Source of the DNA: Octopus bimaculoides
Lineage: Eukaryota
Direction: 5' to 3'
Length of the DNA stretch: 56,735 nucleotides
Assembly: GCF_001194135.2 (NCBI RefSeq)
Contig: NC_068983.1
Location: 146,981,866-147,038,600 of the forward strand
The translations under genes were made by a program, and so were the position numbers. The number at the start of each line of letters is the position of its first letter. Within the stretch, counting starts at the first letter, position 1. Shown here one piece after another: positions 12,880 through 25,449 of this stretch. The notes below the pieces were generated by a model that was given only the letters and a program-made list of their open reading frames with translations, had not been told where the DNA came from and ran no database searches.

Positions 12880-13145
12880 TGTGGAAGATAATGTGTGTGT
12901 TCAGTTTTTGCTGAATGACCTGCACAAATGATTTGTTTATAGCTTATGTATGAGCCGTACATAAGCTAACTTCCTCCATTCAATCGACATTGGCTGAACA
13001 GGTTCACTATGTACCACACATCAGGTGTCGAAGAGCAATGTGAGGTGAAGTGTTTTGCTCAAGAACACAATGCACCATCCAGTCTAGGAATTGAAACCAT
13101 GATCTCATGATCATAAATGCAACACCCTAACCACTATGCCATGTG
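12880..13145 (-). mobile_element. tRNA-derived SINE (second family)
   Basis: Minus strand has a tRNA-like head tagtggttagggtgttgc...gtggtttcaattcc followed by tgtgttcttgagcaaaacacttcacctcac. Confidence 0.7.
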
Positions 13146-13157
13146 TCCTGAATGCAT

Positions 13158-13158
13158 T

Positions 13159-13204
<46 letters not shown>

Positions 13205-13330
13205 GCTGCTGCTGTTGCTGTAGTAGCAACTGTAAGTAGTAGTAGTAGTAGTGGTGGTGGTGGTGGTGGTAGTAGTAGTAGCAGTAGTAGTAGTTGTAGT
13301 AGTAGTAGTAGTTGCAGCAGCAGGAGGAGT
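13158..13330. repeat. Compound trinucleotide microsatellite (ACT)n-(GCT)n-(AGT)n-(GGT)n
   Basis: Directly visible tandem triplets. Confidence 0.95.
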
Positions 13331-13438
13331 ACTATAAATATCTCAAATTTAGTAAAATGTCAAAATATAATGGATTTTTTAAAGAGGAAATTTTACTGAA
13401 TGTATCTTAACTATTTGATAATGGTTTATCTGACTTAC

Positions 13439-13591
13439 ATTTGTCATATGAGTAGTGATGATGATGTGGAATCCCATTGTAATATGAAGAAGATCCTTGG
13501 CTCCAGTTATATCTGGTATTCTCTGGACACTCAACATGGAAATTACACAGATGTACTTCTTTGAATTTGCAAAAATGGTATGTAAGACCCA
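13439..13591 (-). CDS. Exon 12: start of MAM5
   Basis: tctttcaacag acceptor and gtaagt donor; phase 1/1; GLTYHFCKFKEVHLCNFHVECPENTRYNWSQGSSSYYNGIPHHHHYSYDK. Confidence 0.9.
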
Positions 13592-14314
13592 CTGTTGAAA
13601 GACGTAATCAATAACATTAGTGAATTTAAAAAAGACAAGACAAAATGTAAAATCATATAGTTTATTTAAATCATCAAATAGTTTACTTGAAAATATAAGC
13701 TTTAAACAATGGAAGTATAAGAATGTGCAACAACAATAGTAAATTTAATCAATATTTTATGTCTGATAAGTTCAAATTTGGGAAATGAAAAATATTAAAT
13801 TGATGGCATTACATTTTCCCTTGAAGACCTTAAACCACATTACATTTTCTGTTGATAAAAATAGCATAAATTTGCATATTAAAAAAGAATCAAGCATATA
13901 AAACAAAATATATGAAACTCAAAAATTAGTTGAAAAATTGTCTCAAGAATTTAGAGGTTAATATCAATGTCATTCCCTACTCATCTTCTTATTATACTCT
14001 ATGTTTATGGAACTTTCCATGATAGTTTTGATATTGAGTACAATTGACATTTCATTTTAAAGATTTTATTTCACGTTTAGAATTTATTAAAGACAAAATA
14101 TTGAATGGGTTTTTTTATTCTTCAACATCATGGTACTTATCCTTATTCTTTGTTTATAATTATGCATGCATATGATTAAAAAATAACTCACATATTATAC
14201 TATATAAGCTTTCTATCTAATTTCTTCTGTAATTTTCAACCGTTTTAAGTATTTTTACAAGTTTGGTAGGTGATATAAAGGACTGCAATAATGTTTTGTT
14301 CACATGCCACCAGC

Positions 14315-14467
14315 ACAATTGCCAGTAAGCTGGTACTTAATTTATCGACCCCGAAAGGATGAAAGCAAAGTCGACCTCGGTGGAATTTGAATTCACAACA
14401 TAATGGCAGATGAAATACCACTAAGCATTTTGCCCGGCATGCTAACATTTCTGCCAGCTTGCTGCCT
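14315..14467 (-). mobile_element. tRNA-derived SINE
   Basis: Minus strand ggcagcaagctggcagaaatgttagcatgccgggc...gaattcaaattccaccgaggtcgactttgctttcatcctttcggggtcgataaattaagtacc, with A-box-like and B-box-like motifs and a central domain. Confidence 0.85.
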
Positions 14468-15585
14468 GGGTTTAAGTACTCTATCACAAACCCTCCCTAC
14501 CTCTATGACTTTATCCACCCATTTCTCTGCAAGATGTATGCCAACATCCCCTATTCCATCATTATTACCTTCCCAGAAAAGTTTATATCTATCTACTTTG
14601 CTTGTGAGGACTCTGGCTGAAGCTCCTCTCCACCTTACCTCTTGTATTCACAATACATCAATATGTATCCATTCAAGCACATGTGGAAGGCTTTCTAACG
14701 GATCACTGTACTAATCCTAGGATGCAGTCTTATAAGACAATGTTATACAGAGTTTGCTGGAGGATTGTGCTAAAGGTATGAGAGTTTAAGGAATGTTCAA
14801 CAATCTACACTAAAAGACAATGAGGGCGTAGCTTTATTAATTAGTCAGCTAAATGGAATTCTTATTTGTCAAAACTCATACTAGGTTCAGTCATTATTTT
14901 TTCCGAGTAAAGCATGTAAAATAGTTATAATGAAATTGCTTAACATGCAATTTTATTGTTACTTAATAACCTGCTTCATGGTTGTTTATGCAAGCTGCAA
15001 TTTGTTTATGCCAAATTTGCATGTTATATTTGTGAACAGAAAGCAGAGTGCTGAAAAACAGTCAAGAAATTTAAAAGTTAGGGGCCATATGTTGTCAGTT
15101 ATTCATAGCCAAAGCACTTAACTTTCAATTAACCAAGTCCATTTACTGAACAGTCTTGACTGCATCCGAAGAAAGCATAGGAATTTGAACCCCAGCTGTA
15201 ACATATCCAGTGAGGGATCATGAGTAAGTCACCACAATTTCACTCAACTGGTCAATAAATTGGTCAGTCAGCATGAAGCTGTGGTGTGATTAGGTCCTTC
15301 AGATGATCTAAAATTCATTCCCTTTTCACCCTGTAAAGAGCTGTTTGGCACCCAACTTGGTCAAACAGTCATGGACATTTATCCAGAAAAACCTTTGGTA
15401 CTGACAGAAGGCAGACCACCTCAAGCAAGAAACGATTTTGAACACTTATACACGATGTACCACAACTAGTCTTCTACAAACACAGTATGCTATTCTCCTT
15501 CACATTGGCAGTTATATTATCAGCATCTTTCTTTTGTAAACAGCCAAAGCAATAAATTATGTCCATCAATAAATATGTTAAAAGT

Positions 15586-15962
15586 TTAAAGTTTGTGAGT
15601 TGCTCCATTTCTTTACACACACAGCCAGCTAGACCACAAGATATGGTCTTCAACAATACAACACACATCAACAAGAAACCACCATAACAATGATGACTAA
15701 GCAACCATGTGACAGAAGTCTGCTTAACTGATTTTTATAAAGTCATTCATAGACAAGATCTCTGCCTTTNNNNNNNNNNTTAAAGTTTGTGAGTTGCTCC
15801 ATTTCTTTACACACACAGCCAGCTAGACCACAAGATATGGTCTTCAACAATACAACACACATCAACAAGAAACCACCATAACAATGATGACTAAGCAACC
15901 ATGTGACAGAAGTCTGCTTAACTGATTTTTATAAAGTCATTCATAGACAAGATCTCTGCCTT
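15586..15962. repeat. Identical ~183-bp direct duplication either side of a 10-N gap (probable assembly artefact)
   Basis: 15586-15769 matches 15780-15962. Confidence 0.8.
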
Positions 15963-16069
15963 TTCTAGTGTTACTTCAACTACCTCTGCACCTCACAGTA
16001 AATATGTCTTGTGTCATTTCCACTTTAACACTTTCACCTTGCTCATCTCTCCTCACCACTCATGTTGAC

Positions 16070-16155
16070 TCCAAACTCTACTAACCACTGCACACAACTC
16101 TACTAAACTCTACTAACCACTGCACCCAAACTCTACTAACCACTGCACACAAGTT
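16070..16155. repeat. Short minisatellite (unit aactctactaaccactgcac, about 3 copies)
   Basis: Directly visible tandem units with small variations. Confidence 0.8.
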
Positions 16156-17247
16156 TGCTTCTCCAGAATGTTGGTCTCTAGAGTTCCCTCCTTCCACATA
16201 TATTTTTTACAGTGTTGACCTGCTTGTGTGGAACATTAATGGTATAATTCTTAATGGTCTTGAAAGGCATATGAAGGCCATGGGTACAGCTCCTTTCTTT
16301 AGACTTAGCTAATGAAAAAAAAGCAGACATTGACCAATGGGAGGATAGTTATTTTAGTGTTAAAATTTCTAGTATGAAGGGAAAATTTTGTGTTTTTGAA
16401 GAGAAATGGCATCTCTAAATTAAGGTGAAGATATCCAGAACCTTTATGAAACCTATTTGATCACTATATGTATAAGTAGTATATTTTTACAATTTAATAC
16501 ATAGAATTTTCTCATTTGAGAAAGGTCAAGTAAATTATTTGATCATCTGACAACAGGTAGGTTGACAAAATAAGTGTCAATTTAAATATGCTTATATAAA
16601 ATAATTTATGAGCAACAGTCAAAATTAATAAAATGACAACTGAATAGCCTTTGTACAATTTGCTGAATTAGATTTGTTTGTGATACTGAATAAATATGTA
16701 AACTTCCTCCTTCACTTGTTAACTAATATTATGGCCATAACATCAATAGTTTGTTAACAAGCCAAGTTAAAGACTTTGTGAGAATAATTTCAGAAGACAT
16801 TGAATAGATTTTTATGTATAAAATTATATTTCAATTGTCTATTGCAAAACAAGTCAAATGCTGAATATATATTCTTTTAATTTATGAATTTGTAATGGGA
16901 TTGCAATATTGAATCAATTAACTTTCTGCCAATTTATGGATAATACAAAGTTCAAAGATCATATTGTAAATCTATACAGATTAGTATTGTTTAATACATA
17001 TAGGATTATTCACAAGTGACAATAATTATCATGTTAAATTATTAGATGACTGATTGTATGGTTACAAATTTAAACTCCACTTCAGCCATTGTGTTGTGCC
17101 CCTAATTGTCTCAGTTGCCTGACAACAGATGCCACACTGTTTTCAAACTAAGGTGGGAATCTAGAACTGTAAAAATTATTACTGCAACAAAAACAATCCT
17201 AACAATGTAAGTATGGGAAAATGGATTAAAAAGTATCAGAAACAGTA

Positions 17248-18154
17248 CAAGATGATATCAAAAAGTTTTCGGACTAGTTACGTTTAATAAAAAATAACAT
17301 ATTCATTTAAGTTTTAACATCATTTACTTTGAAATAGTCACCTTGTACACCAATACACCAGTCCCAGCGTTCCTGCCACTTTTGGAATCCAGCCTAGAAG
17401 TAGTTTTCAGCAAGTGAGTCAAGGATCTTCTGTGATTTGCTCTACATTTTGACAATGGTGTTAAAATGGAATCTTTTGAACTGCACTTTCATCTTGGGGA
17501 AGATATGGAAGTCCAAAGGTGCTAAATCTGGTGAATTGGGCAGGTGCAGAAGTGACACTATGTTGTTTGGGGCAAGAAACTCAAGAATGTGGAGAGCTAA
17601 GTGATAGGATGCATTGTTGTCATGAAGAATACAATTCTTCATGTTCCACAGATCCATTTGCTTTTGCTGAATGTCCTCCTTCAAACACTTCAAAACCTTG
17701 CAGTAGAACTCTTGATTGGTAGTCTGGCTCTGGGGGATGAATTCTTGATGCACAATACTACGGATGTCAAAAAAAGTGAGGTGCATGCTCTTCATTGAGC
17801 TGTGGCTCTGCCATGTGCCTGCACCTCTCAAAACATTGTGTATGACCCACAGCTTAATCACTGCAAGCTTGCCAAAGCATGCTCAATGTCTCTGTAGCAG
17901 ACTTCCCAAGTTTAATGCAAAATTTTGCCCTGGCTCTTTGTTCCAACTTTTTGTCCATGATAAAAATTGTAGACTCCAGCCATAGACATGATTAGAAAAA
18001 TACAAATTTCACAACCTGTAAAGTAAACACAGCAATATCACTCAACACACAGCATCATGAAGGTCAGTGCTAGCTCTCACTGTGCATGCAACTGTATGCT
18101 GCCATCTGTTGGTGCACTACAGAACTAATCTGGGAACTTTTTGATACCACCTCA
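17248..18154 (-). mobile_element. Internally deleted mariner-type transposon (907 bp)
   Basis: About 32-bp TIRs (caagatgatatcaaaaagttttcggactagtt / aactaatctgggaactttttgataccacctca) with TA flanks at 17246-47 and 18155-56. Transposase remnant 17442-17861 (HDNNASYH...SPDLAPLDFHIFPKMK). Confidence 0.88.
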
Positions 18155-18212
18155 TAATTCAAATGAAATCAAGAAAAAATTGAATATAAAATGAAAATAC
18201 TTTGAATCTTAC

Positions 18213-18557
18213 ATTTACATGTTTCATTATGGATTTCAATATCATCCAAGAATGTGTTTGTGTCCCAATATGAATTAACATTTACTGTACCCTGAAAAAT
18301 CAGCCCAAATGTTGTTGAATTTGGAAAATTCACACAAGCTGTAATGAATTCAGTGATATCATTGAAATTTGACGACCACAATTCATTCTGTGAATAATAG
18401 TCATAAGTAATTAGTGCAAACTTTTTCATGTTTCCTCTTATTTGGTATTTGAAGGTGACACTAGAATTTTCCTTCACATCTGCTTGAGGTGACACTATTT
18501 TAAAATATGCATTTTCAGTATTTGTTCTTGAATAAATGTATAAGTATTTGTTTGAGT
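18213..18557 (-). CDS. Exon 11: body of MAM4
   Basis: tattttacag acceptor and gtaaga donor; phase 1/1; SNKYLYIYSR...VTFKYQIRG...FITACV...FLDDIEIHNETCK. Confidence 0.9.
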
Positions 18558-19675
18558 CTGTAAAATAAAGAAAATAAGCAAAATACATTAATATTGGTAT
18601 GTGGTTTAAAATAAAGTTGTCAAAATAGCGACTAATCTAATGATAAATCCAAAATACATAGTAACGATAAGTTAATAATTTTCTAACAAGGAACTTGTGG
18701 ATCCATTGTTCATTTTCAGTTTCTGATTGTGAAAGGATGAAACTAAGTCACTTGACTTGGTGCTCTACCATTTACTTTTCAACTGACTATGAATGCAGAG
18801 TAGACTTTATGAAGGTAGAAAACATGTTTCTTGAAATAAGATAGTAAAATGTTTGATTGAAGTCTTATACATANNNNNNNNNNNNNNNNNNNNNNNNNNN
18901 NNNNNNNNNNNNNNNNNNNNNNNNNNNNNNNNNNNNNNNNNNNNNNNNNNNNNNNNNNNNNNNNNNNNNNNNNNNNNNNNNNNNNNNNNNNNNNNNNNNN
19001 NNNNNNNNNNNNNNNNNNNNNNNNNNNNNNNNNNNNNNNNNNNNNNNNNNNNNNNNNNNNNNNNNNNNNNNNNNNNNNNNNNNNNNNNNNNNNNNNNNNN
19101 NNNNNNNNNNNNNNNNNNNNNNNNNNNNNNNNNNNNNNNNNNNNNNNNNNNNNNNNNNNNNNNNNNNNNNNNNNNNNNNNNNNNNNNNNNNNNNNNNNNN
19201 NNNNNNNNNNNNNNNNNNNNNNNNNNNNNNNNNNNNNNNNNNNNNNNNNNNNNNNNNNNNNNNNNNNNNNNNNNNNNNNNNNNNNNNNNNNNNNNNNNNN
19301 NNNNNNNNNNNNNNNNNNNNNNNNNNNNNNNNNNNNNNNNNNNNNNNNNNNNNNNNNNNNNNNNNNNNNNNNNNNNNNNNNNNNNNNNNNNNNNNNNNNN
19401 NNNNNNNNNNNNNNNNNNNNNNNNNNNNNNNNNNNNNNNNNNNNNNNNNNNNNNNNNNNNNNNNNNNNNNNNNNNNNNNNNNNNNNNNNNNNNNNNNNNN
19501 NNNNNNNNNNNNNNNNNNNNNNNNNNNNNNNNNNNNNNNNNNNNNNNNNNNNNNNNNNNNNNNNNNNNNNNNNNNNNNNNNNNNNNNNNNNNNNNNNNNN
19601 NNNNNNNNNNNNNNNNNNNNNNNNNNNNNNNNNNNNNNNNNNNNNNNNNNNNNNNNNNNNNNNNNNNNNNNNNNN

Positions 19676-19711
<36 letters not shown>

Positions 19712-19719
19712 TATATTAA

Positions 19720-20487
19720 GGGAATTACTATACATAAATGCCTCATGCTAGGAGGGACTCTAAAAGTCAAACTACCATAATAAACACATTTTTACCAAAC
19801 ATGAGGGAATGCAACTCTCGAAGTTAGCCTCCTAAAAACAGACTTAACGGTANNNNNNNNNNTGTGTGTGTGTGTGTGTGTTTGTCCCCCCAACATTGCT
19901 TGACAACTGATGCTGGTATGTTTATGAACCCTGTAACTTAGCGGTTCGGCAAAAGAGATCGATAGAATAAGTACTAGGCTACAAAGAATATGTCACGGGG
20001 TCAATTTATTCAACTAAAGGCGGTGCTCCAGCATGGCCGCAGTCAAATGACTGAAACAAGTAAAAGAGAGTAAGAGAAANNNNNNNNNNACCGAACGCGA
20101 GGGAATGCAACTCTCGAAGTTAGCCTCCTAAAAACAGACTTAACGGTAAATCATGATTTCGTAATAATTGCAGTAATATGCACGTTTTACTCATCAGTAC
20201 ACGTATGGTCAAGACACATAAAAATAAACAAAACTCAACATACCAGACGAACACTCCATGTATTCAGCATAGTACATAGAAAATTGTGTCTTGACCATAC
20301 GTGTACTGATGAGTAAAACGTGCATATTACTGCAATTATTACGAAATCATGATTTACCGTTAAGTCTGTTTTTAGGAGGCTAACTTCGAGAGTTGCATTC
20401 CCTCGCGTTCGGTAAAAATGCGTTTATTATGGTAGTTTGACTTTTAGAGTCCCTCCTGGCATGAGGCATTTATGTATAGTAATGCCC
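19720..20487. mobile_element. TTAA-flanked foldback MITE with ~200-bp TIRs (Kolobok-like termini), interrupted by a SINE and gaps
   Basis: TTAA|GGGAATTACTATACATAAATGCC at 19716 and GGCATTTATGTATAGTAATGCCC|TTAA ending at 20491. 20090-20218 is a perfect inverse of 20285-20413. Confidence 0.75.
19863..20079 (+). mobile_element. 3' part of a SINE, preceded by (TG)n; head probably in the gap
   Basis: gatagaataagtact central motif and tail ggcggtgctccagcatggccgcagtcaaatgactgaaacaagtaaaagag. Confidence 0.7.
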
Positions 20488-20539
20488 TTAATATAAATAA
20501 ATATATTTATATGCACATGAATCTTACTAGAAAGTAAGA

Positions 20540-20975
20540 AATATAAGATGTAGGATTTTAACATTCAGACTGACAGAGCAATAAAAGCTAGAAGGCCTAA
20601 TTTTGTAGACAAAGACAATAGAATGTGTCAAGTATTTGACTGTACAATTCCAAATAGTGAGAAAGTCATTATGAAAGATATCGGGAAAATAACAACATAC
20701 CAGGTACTAGCCATTGAGTTATGAAGGCTATGAAAAATGTGTGTGTAAAATGTATCCCTGTAATTATTAGTGTATTAGGAACTATTCCTAAAGATTAGAA
20801 CAAATGGATAGAGGAAATAAGCATAAAACCTAGTTTTGTGCAACTCCAGAAAGCACTATTATTAGGGACAGCTAGGAAACTTAGGAAGGTTCTAAGGCAT
20901 CTAAAGATACTTGTTGTAGCCTGATATTAAGAATGTTTTTCAGCAGTCTAATCAGATGTGTGCAAATGGAATAAT
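20540..20975 (+). mobile_element. R4/Dong-like retrotransposon 3' end (RLE domain remnant)
   Basis: Translates as DFNIQTDRAIKARRP..., later LQKALLLGTARKLRKVL, followed by an (AAT)n/A tail. Confidence 0.65.
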
Positions 20976-21419
20976 AATAATAAAAAAAAAAGTGAGTGGA
21001 CAGTGAGCAGAAGGGGGAAGTTTCATAAGAATGTGAGGAGAGATGGTTTAGCCTGGATAGGAGTGACTGTAATAATTGAAGGTGAAAGAGACAGGAGTGG
21101 CTCAGGAGTTGGTTATGTTAGATATGTGAGGACATTGGGAGTGAGAGAGAGTGAAATAAGAGTCAAAGACGGAGTATAACAGAGGAGAGAAGGCTTGGCA
21201 GGGGAAGATAATAAGGAATGGAACTGGCTCTGGGGTGGGGGAGAAAATAGGAAGGTAATGAAAGGGAAGCGGTGTAGTATGTCCCTATTCTGTTCCTAGG
21301 TGATTATAGAAGTCAAATAATACCAGAGATAAAGAAGTGATGAGTGTTAGGGATTGAGGTGTAGGGGAAAATCTTGATGAGGTAGTGAGAATGGAAGTGG
21401 GGTTGAAATCCTGCATATA

Positions 21420-23010
21420 CAAGCATTCACCAAGGTGGTTTTAGGATATTAGTTCTGTCATTGTGGATGGGTCTTTCCCAGCACAGTAAGGTGCCAGATA
21501 TCTCAGTCCTCTGTCATCTCCATAAGACTCAGCATCTTGAGATGGGCCTCCAATACTTCATCCCATGTCTTCCTAGGTCTACCGCTTCCAAAAGTTCCAT
21601 TCACTTCAAGTGATTGGCATTTCTTAATGCAGCTGCCCTTGTCTGCATGCATCACATGACCAAATCAGTGCAGTTTCTCTCTTGCATACTACACCTAATT
21701 CCTCTTATACCTAACTTTTCTTTCAATACACTAAATCTCAGTTTTACTTGTACAGTGATGTTGCATGGCCAATAGAGCATACTAGCTCCATTCCTCTGAA
21801 GTCTTCATGTGTCCTCTGCGTGTAAGGCCCACATCTCACTACCATGCAGTATTACTGCTTGTACAGAAGCATCATACAATCTTACACTCAGAGAGAGAGA
21901 GAAATCTTTGGTTACTAACAGAAGTAAAAGCTCTTGAATTTTCTCCATTCTATTCTTATTCTAGAAATTATACTTTTGGAACATCCTCTTCCACTGCTAA
22001 TTAGTTCACCTGGAGAACAGAAATTATCTACAACCTTAAGAGAGCTTCTGGAACATTTGAGAAAACCAATTTCCCATGTATCTGTATTCTTTATGGCTTC
22101 TGTACATCTTCCACACAAAAATATCTATTTTCTCCATTAACCCTCCAGTGATTCCATTGCACTTCTTGTGTGTCCATAGCCTGCACTTGGTTCATTGAAT
22201 GGAATTCCTGCCTACATCTCCTTACATATCTAGCAGAGTAATTTACCTGAGGTGGGTAGGGTTTTGTCTATTTTCTTGCTCACTAAAATCATGGTCCTTT
22301 TCTAGTTCTGTCACAGAATCTGCTATGAAAGCAAAATCATCAGTATCTCATGGGAAATCAGTCTTGAATTCTTCTGTTATGGCCTGGAGGATAATGATGA
22401 ATGGAATGGGGGTACTGAGAACTGAGCTTTGGGAACACCTACCTATACACTAAATTCTTCACTGTATTCAAGGCTAACGCTTACATAGCTAACAGCACTT
22501 CTGTACATGGCCTGTACCACTTTTACAAGGCATTCATCTATCCCTAGATTCCTTAGAGGCCACCATATCAATGAGTGAGGTACTCTGTTGAAGGCTTTCT
22601 TGAGGTCAACAAATGCCAAGTACAACAGTTTATTCTTAGCTGACTATGAAAATAGCATCAGTAGTGCTTCTCCTTGGCACAAAACCAAACTACATTTCAT
22701 CTAGTCTAATTCTGTTCCTAATTAATTAGGCTATAACTCTCTCCATAACTTTCATCACCAGATCCAGCAATTTGATGTCTCTATAATTACTTTTGGGGTA
22801 TTTATCTCCCTTACCCTTGAGAGCAGCTGACTATCATGCTGCTATACCAGTAATTGTAGATGACATTTTCCCGAATAACGAGTGACTAGACCATATCATA
22901 CTCTACTAGATATTTTAAGCATCTCAGTAGTAACACCTAATGAACCAGAGGCTTTTTCTGTCTTCAAATCCTTAATTGCCTATCATAGTGCAGTCAACTA
23001 GGATAACTGG
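21420..23010 (-). mobile_element. Decayed RTE-type LINE ORF2 (RT and C-terminus)
   Basis: YLAFVDLKKAFNRVPHSLIWW (22443-22625) and further family motifs, with frameshifts. Confidence 0.8.
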
Positions 23011-23029
23011 TCCCTCTGTTGGGTCTCAT

Positions 23030-23315
23030 AGTGAAAACTCTCTCTCATTCATCATCATCATTGTCGTCAGTTCTGCTGTGGTGGATGGGTTTTCTTGAGT
23101 TCAGCAAAGTGCCAGATATTTCAGTCCTTTGTCATCTCCTTCATAAGTCTCAGAGATTGACCTTCAGTTCTTCATCCTATGTCTTCCTGAGCCTCCCTCT
23201 TCCACAAGTTCCATTCACTTTTAATGATTGGCACCTCTTTATGCAACTGTCCACATCTATACACATCAAGTGACCAAACCAGTGGTCTTACAGCCTTCTC
23301 TCTTGCACACTTGTA
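23030..23315 (-). mobile_element. RTE-type LINE 3' fragment
   Basis: GRLRKT-like coding end on the minus strand; short (GAT)n tail at about 23048-23065. Confidence 0.7.
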
Positions 23316-23610
23316 AATATGACCAGCATGCAAAAAGACTTTGATGTCAAACAGAATAATGAAGTTTAGGGAGTGGCAATGTATGTGAGTTAGTGTGTGT
23401 GTGTGTGTGTGTGTGTGGTACATGAAGATGAGGTTAAAACAAACAGGGTGTATTAGGCTTATACTCAGGGAGAATTAGAAGTCTTCTATGTTTCAAGCCT
23501 ATGCTCTTCTATGCAAAGACTACATGAGGTGAAAAAAAAAAATGGAGAAAGAAAAGAATAAGTATGTCTCAATTAGCAGTCTTCGCATACTGAAAATATA
23601 TGATACATGA

Positions 23611-23655
<45 letters not shown>

Positions 23656-23725
23656 TGTATTTCTGATTTCATTTGCAAACAAACATTTATATATTTTGGA
23701 TGATAAAAAGAAAAAGAAAACTTAC

Positions 23726-23827
23726 TACTATAGTATGAATAGTCATCCTGAATATACCATGAAAATGTGTAGTAAGTGAAAATCTTATAGTTGCAGATTC
23801 CAACTTGAAAGTCACAGTCAAAGGGAC
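23726..23827 (-). CDS. Exon 10: start of MAM4
   Basis: ttgctgcag acceptor and gtaagt donor; phase 1/1; PFDCDFQVGICNYKIFTYYTFSWYIQDDYSYYS. Confidence 0.9.
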
Positions 23828-25449
23828 CTGCAGCAATATAGAAAAATAACACATAAATGAAAGTTTATGCACCATAATTTGAAGAACTGAATTTTGGGGA
23901 TTTCAAAACAGATAAATTTCTATGAAAGTTTCTTTTGCTTGTACTGAAATATTTTAAACAAAATATATAACATTTTGTGAAAGGAGAAAAGGAATGGTTC
24001 TCCTTATACTTCCAATTCAATTTTATAATGTCTCTGTGTGGATATTTTAAAAAAATGGTAATAAAAGGTAAGTCTTTTTTTATGTTTAACATACTGAAAT
24101 TTAAATTTTTGAATGTCAATTAATAAAAATTTGAATATCAGTTAATAAAATTAAGTAAAAGCTACACAGATGTGTTGGTGGGTAGACAATTTTAGCCTAG
24201 TCAGGAAGAGAAGGATGTGGCCATAATATTTGCAGTCCTTCTCAGGTAAGTAGGATTAAATTCTTAACATTCATTGAGTTTGAGCATCTCCAAGTCAAAG
24301 CTTGCAGAATAATGCAGGCAAGGAGAAAATTCTCAAAGGTTTGTGCTCTGGTGAAGATAGCTGGGTAAAGTATTAATTCTGGAACCTGAGCAGTAGTTGA
24401 TACAGTAGAAAAGGAGAGAGAGATGTGTTGGATGAGGTAGGTAAACAAATAATTCAGAGTAACACATCCAATCCAATCTATGGTACTGAGTTCAAACTCT
24501 CTATGGTTTCATAAGCCATTTATCCATCTAGGATCAAGAAATAAGTACCAGTAATATCCTAGATTAAAATTAATTGACAATATCCTTTTCACCTTAAAAA
24601 GAGTATATTAGTCTGCAAAAAAAGGGTAGCTAGAGTACAAATGACTTTTCTGTTGGGATCCCAGTCTATTTCAATTTTGATTGTTGCTGTTTCATTTTTC
24701 TGACCCTGATATCTTTGTTAAGAAGAAGAATATGGTCCTAGCAACTTTCATGACTGCCCCACTTTAGGTACCATGCCTACTTAAGGAAGAAAACAGGGGA
24801 ATGTTTTGTTCCTACAGTTTACATGATTAAAGCTTGCAATTTATGATGTTATCCTGGATATTTAATTCACTATAGCTAGTTACATTGAAAGCCAGATATC
24901 TGGGAATCCCACAATCCATTGGATTATTGAGGTCCTCACTTAAAAATTTCCATTACATGGATATTTTGAGTGAGACAACCTGATGAAGCCTAAATCACAT
25001 ACAGGAGGATTTGAGCTGAATACTAAATGGTTGAGTCTCTTCATATGCAGGTTTTCAATATTTTCAACTATTTTGCTATCACTGTGTAACTGAATATAGA
25101 AGATTGACCAGTGTCTATATGTGGACTAATATGGTAATCAATGAATGAGTATAATACTCCAGGGAAGGGAGTAGTATTTTGAAGATACTACATCCATACT
25201 GTTAAGTGAAAATAACTGCTTCTTGCTGAATTAGGAAAAACTTTAGGCTCTTTAAGATACTTTGAGAATATTAAATTTCTAAGACTTTCATGTTGAAGAC
25301 ATAAACATTTATACCAAATTTGGTTTGTAAAGTGAGATTCTGCTTTTGCTGAAGGAATAAAAGTTATGAGATGTGCTAAGTGTTTTTCTAAGTTGGGGAA
25401 AAAAATCAATTTAAAAAATCCTAAATTTATCTTGGATTAGGGGCAATAA

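Noticed and set aside
13085-13145. tRNA-like sequence (also heads at 14.4k and 1.9k)
   Set aside because: SINE heads; no complete cloverleaf could be drawn.
15586-15962. Apparent tandem duplication
   Set aside because: Identical copies flanking a 10-N gap indicate an unmerged contig overlap.
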